Assembly (NCBI GenBank): GCA_937625935.1
Contig: OW569345.1
Span: 1-64,000 of the forward strand
Direction of reading: 5' to 3'
DNA length: 64,000 nucleotides
Source of the DNA: Tetramitus jugosus
Lineage: Eukaryota; Protista; Heterolobosea
Part shown: piece by piece, positions 8,101 to 16,929 of the stretch
Layout of the letters: the number at the start of each line of letters is the position of its first letter
Numbering within the stretch: the first letter of the stretch is position 1
Made by a program: the position numbers and the translations under genes
Notes under the pieces: generated by a model
Database searches by the model: none
The model's input: only the letters and a program-made list of their open reading frames with translations
Told to the model about the DNA's origin: nothing

Positions 8101-11098
8101 TGGTATCGATTGCTCTATTCCTAGGTGCTTCCAGATTCCGGCAGATAATTCATCCACATGCTCCGGAAATGGAGAATGCACGTCTCCAGATTCATGTGCT
8201 TGTGAAACTGATTATTTTGGTGTCCAATGCGAACATTTGAGACCTGTTGCTATCGTACCCGTCAATCAGAGTTTTACCTATTGTAGTGATTTGGTTCTGA
8301 ATGGATCTCTTTCATACTCACACAATGGAAATGAACCATTGTTGTACAGCTGGAAAGCTTTGGGTCCGAACACAACTCAGATCAATATGATTTTAGAAAA
8401 CCAAACAGTTCCTATAGCAACTATTCCAGCAAGAATGATGGAAAGAGGAAAGATCATTCAATTCCAATTGATTGTAACAACTCAAAGTGGTGTTCCATCA
8501 CAACCAATTACTTTTGGACGACAAAGATCCAATGACATTTTGACTGACTTGTTCATTAATATTGGGGGACCATCTGTGCAAAAGACTTTTATCGCTCAAA
8601 GCTTTGCTTTGAATGGATATGCTCAATTTGATTCTTGTGTGCCTTTTGACAAAAGATCAACTTTGGAATATTCATGGAATCAATTGAATGGTCTGTCTGC
8701 CCAGGGAAGAGCGTCTGGGTCTGATTTGATTTTCGAACCAAACGCATTCCAATCAGTTGGTAGTTATGAATTTGAGTTTAGAGTGACAACAGCTCAGAGT
8801 ATCTTAGTCCTCACTCAAACTGTGGTTGTTCAGGTAATGATGAGAGATTTGGTTGCTTCAATTGAGGGTGGCGATCGAAGTGTAGCATTTGACTCTCCAA
8901 TGATCCTCAAAGCTTCATGTTTTGATCCGGAGAGACTCTCAATTCGACCAGTTTATTCATGGAGGTGTAGTTTGAGTTCTACTGGTGGTCAATGTCCTAC
9001 TTCTATACTTAATGCTCTAAATTCTGTCAATAGTGCTACTGTTACAATTCCTTCAAGGGCAATGACAGAATCAAACTCGTACAACGTCTGTGTCTCATAC
9101 AATGTTGCATCAAGATCTAATAGTGATTGTATCATTGTTAAAGCAACTAATTCTCTCATCCCTCTTGTAGCATTCACCTCAACACCAGGGTTCTACATCT
9201 CCAAAGAAGCTTCACCAACAATTTCATTCAGAATTCGAATTCAAGCACAGACATCATACACTTGTCACTGGTTGCTCAATGATTCGATCATTAGTACAAG
9301 CATGATGAGAAATATGATGAAGAACAGTTTGTCTCTCTATTCTTCAGGTCTGATTCCAGGTGAAACATATGCTCTAGAAGTCAGATGCACAGATTCACAG
9401 AATAGAACTGGTTCTTCCGTCACTAGATTCAGTGTTAACACCGCACCACATTCGGGAATAATTGAAGTGGAACCCAAGAGCGGAGTTGCTTTGGACACAG
9501 AGTTTCAATTTTTGGCAACTGGATGGATTGATTCTGATGAACCACTCACATACCAATGGACTTTGAATTCCGATGAGTTCAATGATGATTCATTGTTCCA
9601 TTTTAGTGCAAGTGTTGAACCTTCTCTCAAAACGAAATTACCTGCAGGAAACTTTTCACTCGTCTTAACTGTGAGAGATAGATTTGGTGCTCAATCACAA
9701 GCAGTAGAAAGGATCACTGTTTCTAAACCAGATACGTCGCTCATCGACAAAGTGTCTGATGTAGTGAATGAATTCGACCTGGTCAATAACATTGGATATC
9801 ATGGACTCAGAAATTGGATGATTCTGAGTGACATTGTAGTTCATGTCTTGAGAAACGATCAACCAAAATCAAGAAGAGTGTCTTCTTCTTCGAATAACCA
9901 AACTTCAATGATTGAAAGAATGGTAACAGTCACGGAATCACTCTTTAGAGATATTGTAAAGGAACAAGGAGTTGATATTTCATTATTTGAGCAATTGAGT
10001 TCAAATTCATTGAAGTATACTCCATCACAGAATGAGGTCAACTTGTTGACACAAGAAACCATCGCATCTCTCATGTCAATGACACAAATAACAGTTGCCG
10101 AATGTAAGAAAATGATGATCAATGCCATGTCATCCTCTCCACCTAGTCAGATCAAGTTTAGCAACATTATTCAGAATGTTGTTCAGATGCTCAATCAATT
10201 AGTCTTCATCGATTCTGCTTCTATTTCTGTTTCACTATTGGATGAAATTCAAACTCTTGTTGCTCATGGTTTAGAATTGAACTCCAATGAGATTTATGGA
10301 GGATTCAATGATGTTAGATTGTTCTCTTCAATGTTCTCAAGTGATTTATTGATTCAAACCAAATTCTTGGCTTCCATTCCAATGCAAGGCAATGATCAAA
10401 TAGGTATTTCCTCCTCTGATACAGTATCTCTTGACCAATGGAAGAAGAACGATGAAGATATATTTGTGCTTTCCAAGATCCTCTCCAAAGCTCACATTCC
10501 CTCCATTCTTTCCTCTTATCAAGAGTCTATCAACTCAACAATTGTTTCTGAGGTTGCTGTTTCTGCTCAAATTTACACCACAATTGAGAAAGCTTATATC
10601 AATAATGTGAGTATTACCATCCCAGCTTCAATCCCTATTGCCAGACGAACCATGTTACAAGAACAGGAACAATTTGAACCTCGTTGTACATACTTTGACA
10701 ATGTGAGTAGAACGTGGATGCAAGATACCAATGTATGTGCCCTTGTCCAAGCATCTTCTCACAATGTGACCTGTTCCTGTACAGTTTCAACAGGAGATGA
10801 ACCATCATTTGTCATGGTCACATATGACAAGTTAATCTCTTCACCTCCTTCGCCAGATTCTCCCAACTCTGTAAAGACCAATTCTCGTGCCACTGCCATT
10901 GGTCTCGGTGTGGGTCTAGGTCTTGGAATTCCACTTGCCATTGTCTTGTTGCTTCTCATGTTGGTTGGTGCATTCCTGGCATTCATGCAATGTGGCCGTA
11001 AAACATTGGCCAAGAGCAAAGCCAAAACAGATACGCATGATGAAATGAATAACGATACAAGAATTGAAATGGTGGTGGTTCAGAATAACGAACAATAA
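5114..11098 (+). CDS. Single-pass surface receptor/adhesion protein: signal peptide, RCC1/BLIP-II repeats, EGF-like repeats, PKD/REJ region, GPS-like motif, TM helix
   Basis: Hydrophobic N-terminus. About 13 repeats of the type G.VY.WG.N..GQLG. About 8 repeats of CS.HG.C....C.C..GYYG..C. REJ-like VNTAPHSGIIEVEP..G..L.T.F. GPS-like CTYFDN..RTW....C......VTCSC. TM segment IGLGVGLGLGIPLAIVLLLLMLVGAFLAF, then a short tail. Confidence 0.85.
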   Translation: MKVILYTLFVLLCVIVLGDLTVQQGVKFAGLYFSGSLLPQTKPARPVDISEIANTTTLHISSGPSSGSMVVTEDGRVFVWGSNWDKNLGLGAGANNNIYTPTQVKGLLVGQKVVHGSMGGYHALVVTTEGQVYAWGLNSQRQLGDGTTTFSEVPVLVDLTVAPLNETFIVRVAAGSSLSYALGSNGKVYQWGGNAAPKEVGGALAGKFVTQIHARSTLVVALTNEGRAYSWGANAKGQLGDGTTTTQVNPVAVKVDGLLRNKNITKLSTGEQQVMAITSDGEVVSWGSNFYGSLGEGTFQFSNVPRPVYTGGALRGKTMIAVSVGRYFTVAVSSDGKLFAWGASSAGQLNYGGYDEQQILPIEVDMNGPLSGKKIVEVSCGDSMTIVKDSEGFLYSWGNDEFGQLGHNDDRTKLQLMKWQESHKVKSRSIISIGVSQDHSMVSTKGGLYAWGGSLNSWFDYGYTLGSDTIFAEQSTEVELNQTLIQLTTGYAFTMALTGDGSLFAFGANGDGQLGDGTFTSRERPFQVNMSAVLNGSVITQVAAGSYHTVVLTDKSEIFNWGSFWPNTPTRVNGSLMTNKTIIQIASGGSFSLALSDDGKIYGWGDNSDGQLGPDLGFFADPINVDKNGVLVNKTVVKIGAGQSHVIALTDEGEVFTFGAGGNGQLGHGNTNSLNSPTAVSLLQNKTIVQIAAGYSHSAALDSEGNVYTWGENSYGNLADESTSSKNSPVLIPTPGQNEVLQIFAGGENTMVLINHCNDGYYGKHCDQFTCAGILPQNASVCSHRGSCVGGNNCTCSGGYYGSNCEKFDCFSMNFNSSNVCSSHGLCLDVDNCSCSAPYYGSNCEHYDCFNVSLTNSQVCSSHGSCIDFDTCHCADGYYGSRCEQFNCFSVNKNNASVCSNHGSCIDFDNCSCSHGFYGNNCEQFYCFDEKHNSSNTCSSHGSCIDFDKCTCFDGHYGVKCDQFDCFLVNHNSSQVCSGHGSCFDVNQCHCSNQFSGIDCSIPRCFQIPADNSSTCSGNGECTSPDSCACETDYFGVQCEHLRPVAIVPVNQSFTYCSDLVLNGSLSYSHNGNEPLLYSWKALGPNTTQINMILENQTVPIATIPARMMERGKIIQFQLIVTTQSGVPSQPITFGRQRSNDILTDLFINIGGPSVQKTFIAQSFALNGYAQFDSCVPFDKRSTLEYSWNQLNGLSAQGRASGSDLIFEPNAFQSVGSYEFEFRVTTAQSILVLTQTVVVQVMMRDLVASIEGGDRSVAFDSPMILKASCFDPERLSIRPVYSWRCSLSSTGGQCPTSILNALNSVNSATVTIPSRAMTESNSYNVCVSYNVASRSNSDCIIVKATNSLIPLVAFTSTPGFYISKEASPTISFRIRIQAQTSYTCHWLLNDSIISTSMMRNMMKNSLSLYSSGLIPGETYALEVRCTDSQNRTGSSVTRFSVNTAPHSGIIEVEPKSGVALDTEFQFLATGWIDSDEPLTYQWTLNSDEFNDDSLFHFSASVEPSLKTKLPAGNFSLVLTVRDRFGAQSQAVERITVSKPDTSLIDKVSDVVNEFDLVNNIGYHGLRNWMILSDIVVHVLRNDQPKSRRVSSSSNNQTSMIERMVTVTESLFRDIVKEQGVDISLFEQLSSNSLKYTPSQNEVNLLTQETIASLMSMTQITVAECKKMMINAMSSSPPSQIKFSNIIQNVVQMLNQLVFIDSASISVSLLDEIQTLVAHGLELNSNEIYGGFNDVRLFSSMFSSDLLIQTKFLASIPMQGNDQIGISSSDTVSLDQWKKNDEDIFVLSKILSKAHIPSILSSYQESINSTIVSEVAVSAQIYTTIEKAYINNVSITIPASIPIARRTMLQEQEQFEPRCTYFDNVSRTWMQDTNVCALVQASSHNVTCSCTVSTGDEPSFVMVTYDKLISSPPSPDSPNSVKTNSRATAIGLGVGLGLGIPLAIVLLLLMLVGAFLAFMQCGRKTLAKSKAKTDTHDEMNNDTRIEMVVVQNNEQ

Positions 11099-11282
11099 AT
11101 ATCCACAGTCGGTTTCATCCTTTCAACTAACGTGTTCAAGGTTTAGTTCCCTGCAGAAAAGATCAAGGGGAAATTTCCAAGTTGGAAGCTTTCACCTTAA
11201 ATGTAAGTTTTCTGATTTTGCAATCGTTCGTGATTTTGCAATAGAGCTCACAATCACACAAACAAAGGTAGTTAAACTAACG

Positions 11283-12269
11283 ATGCATATTCAATTCAAT
11301 AGCCACCCAACACACCAAGCCCACCACACCATCCAAAATGGAGAGTACTTTATCAAGAACAAGTCCACTGGCTTAGCTCTCGATGCCAACACTGGTGCCT
11401 ATCAACAGCACTCCCCTGCTCATCCTCGTGCCTTCATGTACAGTCACAACCCATCTGCCCCTAACCACAAGTGGGTTCTGGAGAGACAATCCAACGGTGC
11501 CTTCCTTCTCAAGACTCGTTATCACTCTGGTCGAGAAATGGCCCTCGATGGTAACACCAATGTTCCTCAATCAGGTCAGCACCCAGCTCCGTTCCTGTAC
11601 ACTGCCACACCTCACGCACCAAATCATCAATGGTGGTTGAAGCCTACTGGTGATGGCATCTCGTATCTCATTGTCAATGTTGCTAACGGATTGGCCCTCG
11701 ACGGCAACACATCTGGCAACCAACAGCACAGCTTCCAACATGCTTCTCCATTCTTGTATGCTGAGACTCCACATGCACCAAACCATCATTGGATTATTGA
11801 GAGAGCTAATGTGCCAGTTATTGGTTCGTTGATTGGTGGATTGATTGACGTGAGTGCACAATGGATCAATCAACCATCTTATCCAACTCCCCACCAACCA
11901 CATCACCACCATCAACCACACCACCCACATCACCACCAACCTCATCAACCTCACCAGCCTCACCAGCCATTCCCAGTCAGTGGTGGTGTTGCCATGGACG
12001 AAGGTTCATTCAATGGTTTGTTGAATTCTATCAAGAAGGGTTCCTTCGAATCCGATAGAACGAGCATCATTAGCTCTGCTGCAGCTTACAACCACTTCTC
12101 ATGCAACCAATTGTTGAGAATCATTCAAGTGTTGAGCTTTGCTGGTGAGAGAGAAAATGCTTGCAGACTCATTATTCCAAGAATTGTTGACAAGCACAAC
12201 TCTCATGTTGTTTTGTCTGGCTTGACCTTCAGCAGCGAGAAGGAAAAGGTCAGCGCAATGTTCCATTAA
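11283..12269 (+). CDS. Ricin-B/beta-trefoil-like triple repeat plus His/Pro/Gln linker plus DUF4476-like C-terminal domain
   Basis: ATG at 11283 after an A/C-rich leader. Three repeats of Y.I.N..GLALD.N...HP.PFLY...P.APNH.W. The C-terminus MDEGSFNGLL..IKK.SFESDR...F.C.Q...I....F...R...PRIVD resembles DUF4476. Confidence 0.7.
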   Translation: MHIQFNSHPTHQAHHTIQNGEYFIKNKSTGLALDANTGAYQQHSPAHPRAFMYSHNPSAPNHKWVLERQSNGAFLLKTRYHSGREMALDGNTNVPQSGQHPAPFLYTATPHAPNHQWWLKPTGDGISYLIVNVANGLALDGNTSGNQQHSFQHASPFLYAETPHAPNHHWIIERANVPVIGSLIGGLIDVSAQWINQPSYPTPHQPHHHHQPHHPHHHQPHQPHQPHQPFPVSGGVAMDEGSFNGLLNSIKKGSFESDRTSIISSAAAYNHFSCNQLLRIIQVLSFAGERENACRLIIPRIVDKHNSHVVLSGLTFSSEKEKVSAMFH

Positions 12270-12457
12270 TCTATTGATAAATTCATGCCACTGCATGTTG
12301 AGATGGCAAATTGGGTGAATAAAACATGGTAACTTTCATCAGATAACATTTTTTCTCGATTTAGCCGTTTGAAAGCCCGACTCTAGTGGGCTCTGATCAA
12401 TACAAACGTGGGATCTCTCAACCAAAGATCTCATCCACAAACTGTACGAAGCACAAA

Positions 12458-13828
12458 ATGGTTCGATACTCAATTAGTGGACACACTAAATGCATCATCC
12501 ACAAGGAAAACCGTCACCTTGAAAAGTTGAATAGGCAGTTGGACCCTTTCGAGGGTGATGTGCAGAAACTAGAACAATGGATTATTGAGAACGAACTCGT
12601 TACTTATCGGCGTATGATTGTAGAAATGTACATGAATGCTCATGCGTCCATCTGTTACACGAAACTCAAAATTTTGACCAACGGGACAGCCAAGTTCCCA
12701 GCAGTTTATCAAGTATTGGAATCTGCGAAACGGCACATACATGCCTGTTACTTTATCTTCAAGGATGATGCCACAGGTGGTCCAGCAATTGATATTATGA
12801 AGAGAAAAGCTTCAGAACAAGGTGTCAAAGTGCGGTTCATGATTGATGGGTTCGGAGTACCGCACTTGTGGAGCAGAATAAAAATGAAAAGGAAACAGAT
12901 TCAATACAAGACCATCTTCCCAGTCGACACATTCAAATTCAAGTATTGGAGACCTAAATACATCCAACATCGAATGCATCGAAAAATATTGGTAGTTGAT
13001 GGCAAAATTGGATTCATGGGCGGCTTGAACTTCTCCAACACCTACGCTGTGGACAAGAAACCATTTCTCAATTGGAGAGACACTCATTTGCAGATGGAGG
13101 GAGATGGTGTCAATTATTTGCAAGCCGCATTTCTGGATGATTTTGAGTATACAATCAAACAACATGTGCGTGAAGTGGATTACTCACCTGAACACTTCTT
13201 TCCAGATGTGCATCAAGATGAAGACAACACGACACAGTACACTATAGAAGTAGATAATATTGATGCATTTGATCATGTGCCTATACAGATTGTGTGCAGT
13301 GGACCTGATTCTCATTATCGATGGGCACACCACATGTTCGTCTCTGCATTCTACGGTGCTACGTCTTCCATATTTATCAGCACACCATACTTTGCACCAG
13401 ATAGTAATATCATGATGGCCCTGAAAACAGCTTGTCTTGCAGGAGTAGAAGTTCACTTGATCTCTCAAGGCAAAGTGGAGAATCCATTTGTAAAGATGAC
13501 AACTTCTGGATTTTATAATGAATTGATGAGCTATGGAGTGAGAGTATATCAGTACTACAAGGCAGTTTATCACTCCAAAGTGTACATTATTGACCACAAA
13601 TTTGCCATTGTGAGTTCTAGCAATTTGGATTATAGGAGTTTCGATGGCTCATTTGAGATCTCCTGCATCATTTATGATCAAAGAGTGGTACAGAGGTTGG
13701 AGAGAGATTTCTGGGCTGACATTAGGGAGTGTAGAGAAATCACTCCAGAGATGAGACAACAGAGGACCAGAATCAAAAAGTTACCGGAATACTTGCTTGC
13801 TCAACTAGCTCCCTACATCAAGATATAA
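12458..13828 (+). CDS. cls: Bacterial-type (phospholipase D family) cardiolipin synthase-like protein
   Basis: Two HKD motifs, HRKILVVD..GFMGGLN and HSKVYIID...VSSSNLDYRS, plus WRDTH, SGPD and STPYF. First ATG at 12458. No N-terminal TM anchor. Confidence 0.85.
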   Translation: MVRYSISGHTKCIIHKENRHLEKLNRQLDPFEGDVQKLEQWIIENELVTYRRMIVEMYMNAHASICYTKLKILTNGTAKFPAVYQVLESAKRHIHACYFIFKDDATGGPAIDIMKRKASEQGVKVRFMIDGFGVPHLWSRIKMKRKQIQYKTIFPVDTFKFKYWRPKYIQHRMHRKILVVDGKIGFMGGLNFSNTYAVDKKPFLNWRDTHLQMEGDGVNYLQAAFLDDFEYTIKQHVREVDYSPEHFFPDVHQDEDNTTQYTIEVDNIDAFDHVPIQIVCSGPDSHYRWAHHMFVSAFYGATSSIFISTPYFAPDSNIMMALKTACLAGVEVHLISQGKVENPFVKMTTSGFYNELMSYGVRVYQYYKAVYHSKVYIIDHKFAIVSSSNLDYRSFDGSFEISCIIYDQRVVQRLERDFWADIRECREITPEMRQQRTRIKKLPEYLLAQLAPYIKI

Positions 13829-15392
13829 CTCTACAATATCCAGTTGATTGAAACAGTGTTGAATTAAAATCAATATAGTGGACAGTCATCTCTTCGTTTT
13901 TTCTCTCTGGAACCAGTGTGGCCACATGTGCTCCATACATGTCCTGGATGACTTGATATTTGGACTGGGTAATATGGTCCTCCACAGTCATAATCACTAA
14001 TGAATGGTTCTGTTTACTGGATCTATTCAGTTCAAATGAAAAAGTCTTCTTCTCACTCGAAAGTAGAGATCCGAGCGATTTTAGTGCCTTTTCTAGGGCT
14101 TTCTTTTCTCTCGTATATCCCCTCTCAAGTGTATATCGAGTCTGGCTCTCTTGAAACATCTTGAACTCCTCAGAAGTGAATTTATGCGTTGAACTTTGGT
14201 TCACTTTTTCTCTCATTACGACCATGTCTTTCAGTCGAAGCTTGTGACGAATATAGTCAAATTCGGGAATGTGGACACCTAGAAAGTACTCTGCAGCAGA
14301 CAATGCATTGGCTACAGTCACATTCACTTCATAGTCCAATTCTGGATGAAAGATATCATGATTCACATACTGAAACACTGTAGGTTTTCCCTGAAGATAG
14401 GTGTGCCATTTTCTTCTGAACGAAAGACAATTGACCATTGCGGGGGTTACACCATGGATCATATCAAGCAATTCAGACTCAATACAACATTTGTCACTAA
14501 TACAAGTTGTATCATAACATTTTTTCTTACAATTGTAAAGAGCATGGTTGATAAACAATTCAAAGAGACCAAGTTCCTGACAATCTCCAAATGGCGTCTG
14601 CTCCTTGAACCCAAAACTCAGTTGTCTCAATTGGGATCCTCCAAATTTGCGTTCTCGAAATCTGTATTGTAATAGCGCAGTGACCGCTGATTCGTAGGTT
14701 TCTAAATCACATTCCAAAAGGTATCGCTGTAAGAATTGCTCCTGATTCTCGTATTCTACAATCTCTTGAGCATAACTTAGGTAATGTTCATCAGAGTAAC
14801 CACCAGATTCTATTAAATCTTGCTCCAAATCTGATAAAGATTGCCATTCTTGAGCAAGCACAGATTCCAATTTATGCACATGACACAGTCTCTCAATCTC
14901 TGTCACATATTGAACGATAAATGTTTTTCCCCATTCATCCATGTAACATTCTGACAACATGGCCACGTACAATGATGCAGCATATTGTTTCACAAGATTG
15001 CTACCAGGTAATTGCTTCAATAGTTTCATTCGTTCGAGCATTGCTTCTTTTCCATCCACACATACATCTTCTACCAGCTCTTCATTGCATATTGGTTCGC
15101 AGATTAAATCCAGTTGTTGTTGTTCATATTGCAGGTCGATCATCAGCCTTGCAAAGAGATGAGGCACCTGAGAATCGAATTGTCGACTTGTGTGACTCAC
15201 AATCGGATTAATCTGTTCATCTAACAGATAGAACAGACACCTCACAATTTCAAAATGCTCTGCTGTGGGTGATTTCAGTTGATGAAAGAACCACGGCTGT
15301 AACAATGACGCTTGCAATGGAGAAAAATGAAGAGCTTCAGGTTTGAAGATACTGATAAGACCTTTAGTTTCACCAAATGGGAATTGAATCAT
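13818..15392 (-). CDS. Hypothetical protein (about 524 aa) with PFGDCQE motif
   Basis: Long ORF; probable start MIQFPFGE at 15392 after a CAA-rich leader. No family recognised with confidence. Confidence 0.7.
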   Translation of the reverse strand: MIQFPFGETKGLISIFKPEALHFSPLQASLLQPWFFHQLKSPTAEHFEIVRCLFYLLDEQINPIVSHTSRQFDSQVPHLFARLMIDLQYEQQQLDLICEPICNEELVEDVCVDGKEAMLERMKLLKQLPGSNLVKQYAASLYVAMLSECYMDEWGKTFIVQYVTEIERLCHVHKLESVLAQEWQSLSDLEQDLIESGGYSDEHYLSYAQEIVEYENQEQFLQRYLLECDLETYESAVTALLQYRFRERKFGGSQLRQLSFGFKEQTPFGDCQELGLFELFINHALYNCKKKCYDTTCISDKCCIESELLDMIHGVTPAMVNCLSFRRKWHTYLQGKPTVFQYVNHDIFHPELDYEVNVTVANALSAAEYFLGVHIPEFDYIRHKLRLKDMVVMREKVNQSSTHKFTSEEFKMFQESQTRYTLERGYTREKKALEKALKSLGSLLSSEKKTFSFELNRSSKQNHSLVIMTVEDHITQSKYQVIQDMYGAHVATLVPERKNEEMTVHYIDFNSTLFQSTGYCRVIS

Positions 15393-15481
15393 GTTCTTCT
15401 GTTGTTGGTGGTGCTGTTTGTGGCAAGTGCAATCTGAATCTTGCACCAATATCGGAGAAACAACAATACAACATGAGAAGT

Positions 15482-16528
15482 TCACTCTTTTGTTACTTTG
15501 ACGACAATTTTTCCAGAATTTGCATGAGATTCCATCAATTCATGCGCTTCCTTCATGTGCTCCAATCCATCAAATACCTTGAACGCAACGGCTGAGAGCT
15601 GTCCATTATTGAATTGATTCAAGTTATCAGTATGCTCAACAAATGATTTCACAAGATTAGCCTTGTATTCCGTTGTTCGAGATCTCAAAGTACTAAAAGT
15701 GATCGTGATACGCTTCGCCAGCATCCTACCCAGATCAATTGGCGCTTTTGTTGTCGTACCACCCATGAAAGCAATTCCAATGATCATGCCATCTGTGGCA
15801 CAAACTGAAATATCTTGCTCAATGTAACTTCCACCTCCAACAGGATCCAATATGAGATCCACTCCTTCTGGAATCTTTTCAGAAAGAATCTTGTTCCATT
15901 GCCTGTCGACTACATCATCACCATCGTATGCAATCGCAAGAGTTGCGCCCAATTGCTTGCAAAATTCAGTCTTTCCTTTGGAACTCGTTGTTACAATGTC
16001 ACTACATCCAGCTACTTTACACAGTTGAATCAACGCAGTTCCGACACCACTCGCTCCAGCATGAATCAACACCTTTTTCTTTCCTTGTTCTGCCAACTTT
16101 CCAATCATGAAAAACGTTTGATATGCTGTGAGGTAGACCTCTGGAATACACACGGCATCTTCCAGTGAGAGCTGACTTGGAATAGGCATGACAACATCCT
16201 TGTTACATGTGGCATACTCGGCATAACCACCTCCATCCAACAGAGCCATGACACGATCACCAATCTTCCACTTGTTCTCACGTGCTGCGTTCTCTCCCAA
16301 TTTGAACACAGTTCCAGACACTTCCAATCCCAAAATATCACTGACACCGAGTGGTGCTGGATACTTGCCCATTCGCTGAGAAATATCAGCTCGGTTCAGA
16401 GCAGTGTAATGAACCTTGATCAAAATTTCATCACTTTTTGGAGAGGGGATATCCACTTGTGCGACAAACAAATCTGATGCGGATGACGGTGCCCCGCTCT
16501 TGGTTTTGTTTACTTGTATTGCTTTCAT
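15482..16528 (-). CDS. NADPH:quinone oxidoreductase, PIG3 / zeta-crystallin MDR family
   Basis: ALNRAD..QR.G.YP, ILGLEVSG, GGGYAEY, PEVYLTAYQ, VLIHAGASGVGTA, GVDLILDPVGG, GKIVV. Confidence 0.92.
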   Translation of the reverse strand: MKAIQVNKTKSGAPSSASDLFVAQVDIPSPKSDEILIKVHYTALNRADISQRMGKYPAPLGVSDILGLEVSGTVFKLGENAARENKWKIGDRVMALLDGGGYAEYATCNKDVVMPIPSQLSLEDAVCIPEVYLTAYQTFFMIGKLAEQGKKKVLIHAGASGVGTALIQLCKVAGCSDIVTTSSKGKTEFCKQLGATLAIAYDGDDVVDRQWNKILSEKIPEGVDLILDPVGGGSYIEQDISVCATDGMIIGIAFMGGTTTKAPIDLGRMLAKRITITFSTLRSRTTEYKANLVKSFVEHTDNLNQFNNGQLSAVAFKVFDGLEHMKEAHELMESHANSGKIVVKVTKE

Positions 16529-16929
16529 ATCGTTGGATTAATATCAAAATATTATTTCGTGTCTCTTGCTTGTTTGGTTGTTTCGATCGCACTGCTAATT
16601 GTGATTCGATCGCACTGTCTCGGAGAAATGCGCACAATTTGCAACTTGAACATCATTTTGAAATACTGTAAATTCTGTCAAGTCACTTTTGGGATATGAA
16701 CTGGATAATTGATTGGATTTTCATGAGTTTTTCTCTTTGGAAGTCGCTCGTTCCGAGACATCCGCGCGTGCGCAGCGGTCGGAACAGATTGAAGCGAATA
16801 GATCAGATTCATGCTTGAGAACTGCGGGTGAAAATCAGGATTCCTTCACTACGAGTTGCATTTAAATCTACTACATCTGCTTCTTCTTAACCTACAAAAC
16901 GAACAAAACACTCCTAATCCAGTACAATA

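Noticed and set aside
7380-8240. Regular repeats of about 117 bp resembling an array
   Set aside because: These are coding EGF-like repeats, not CRISPR or a non-coding array.
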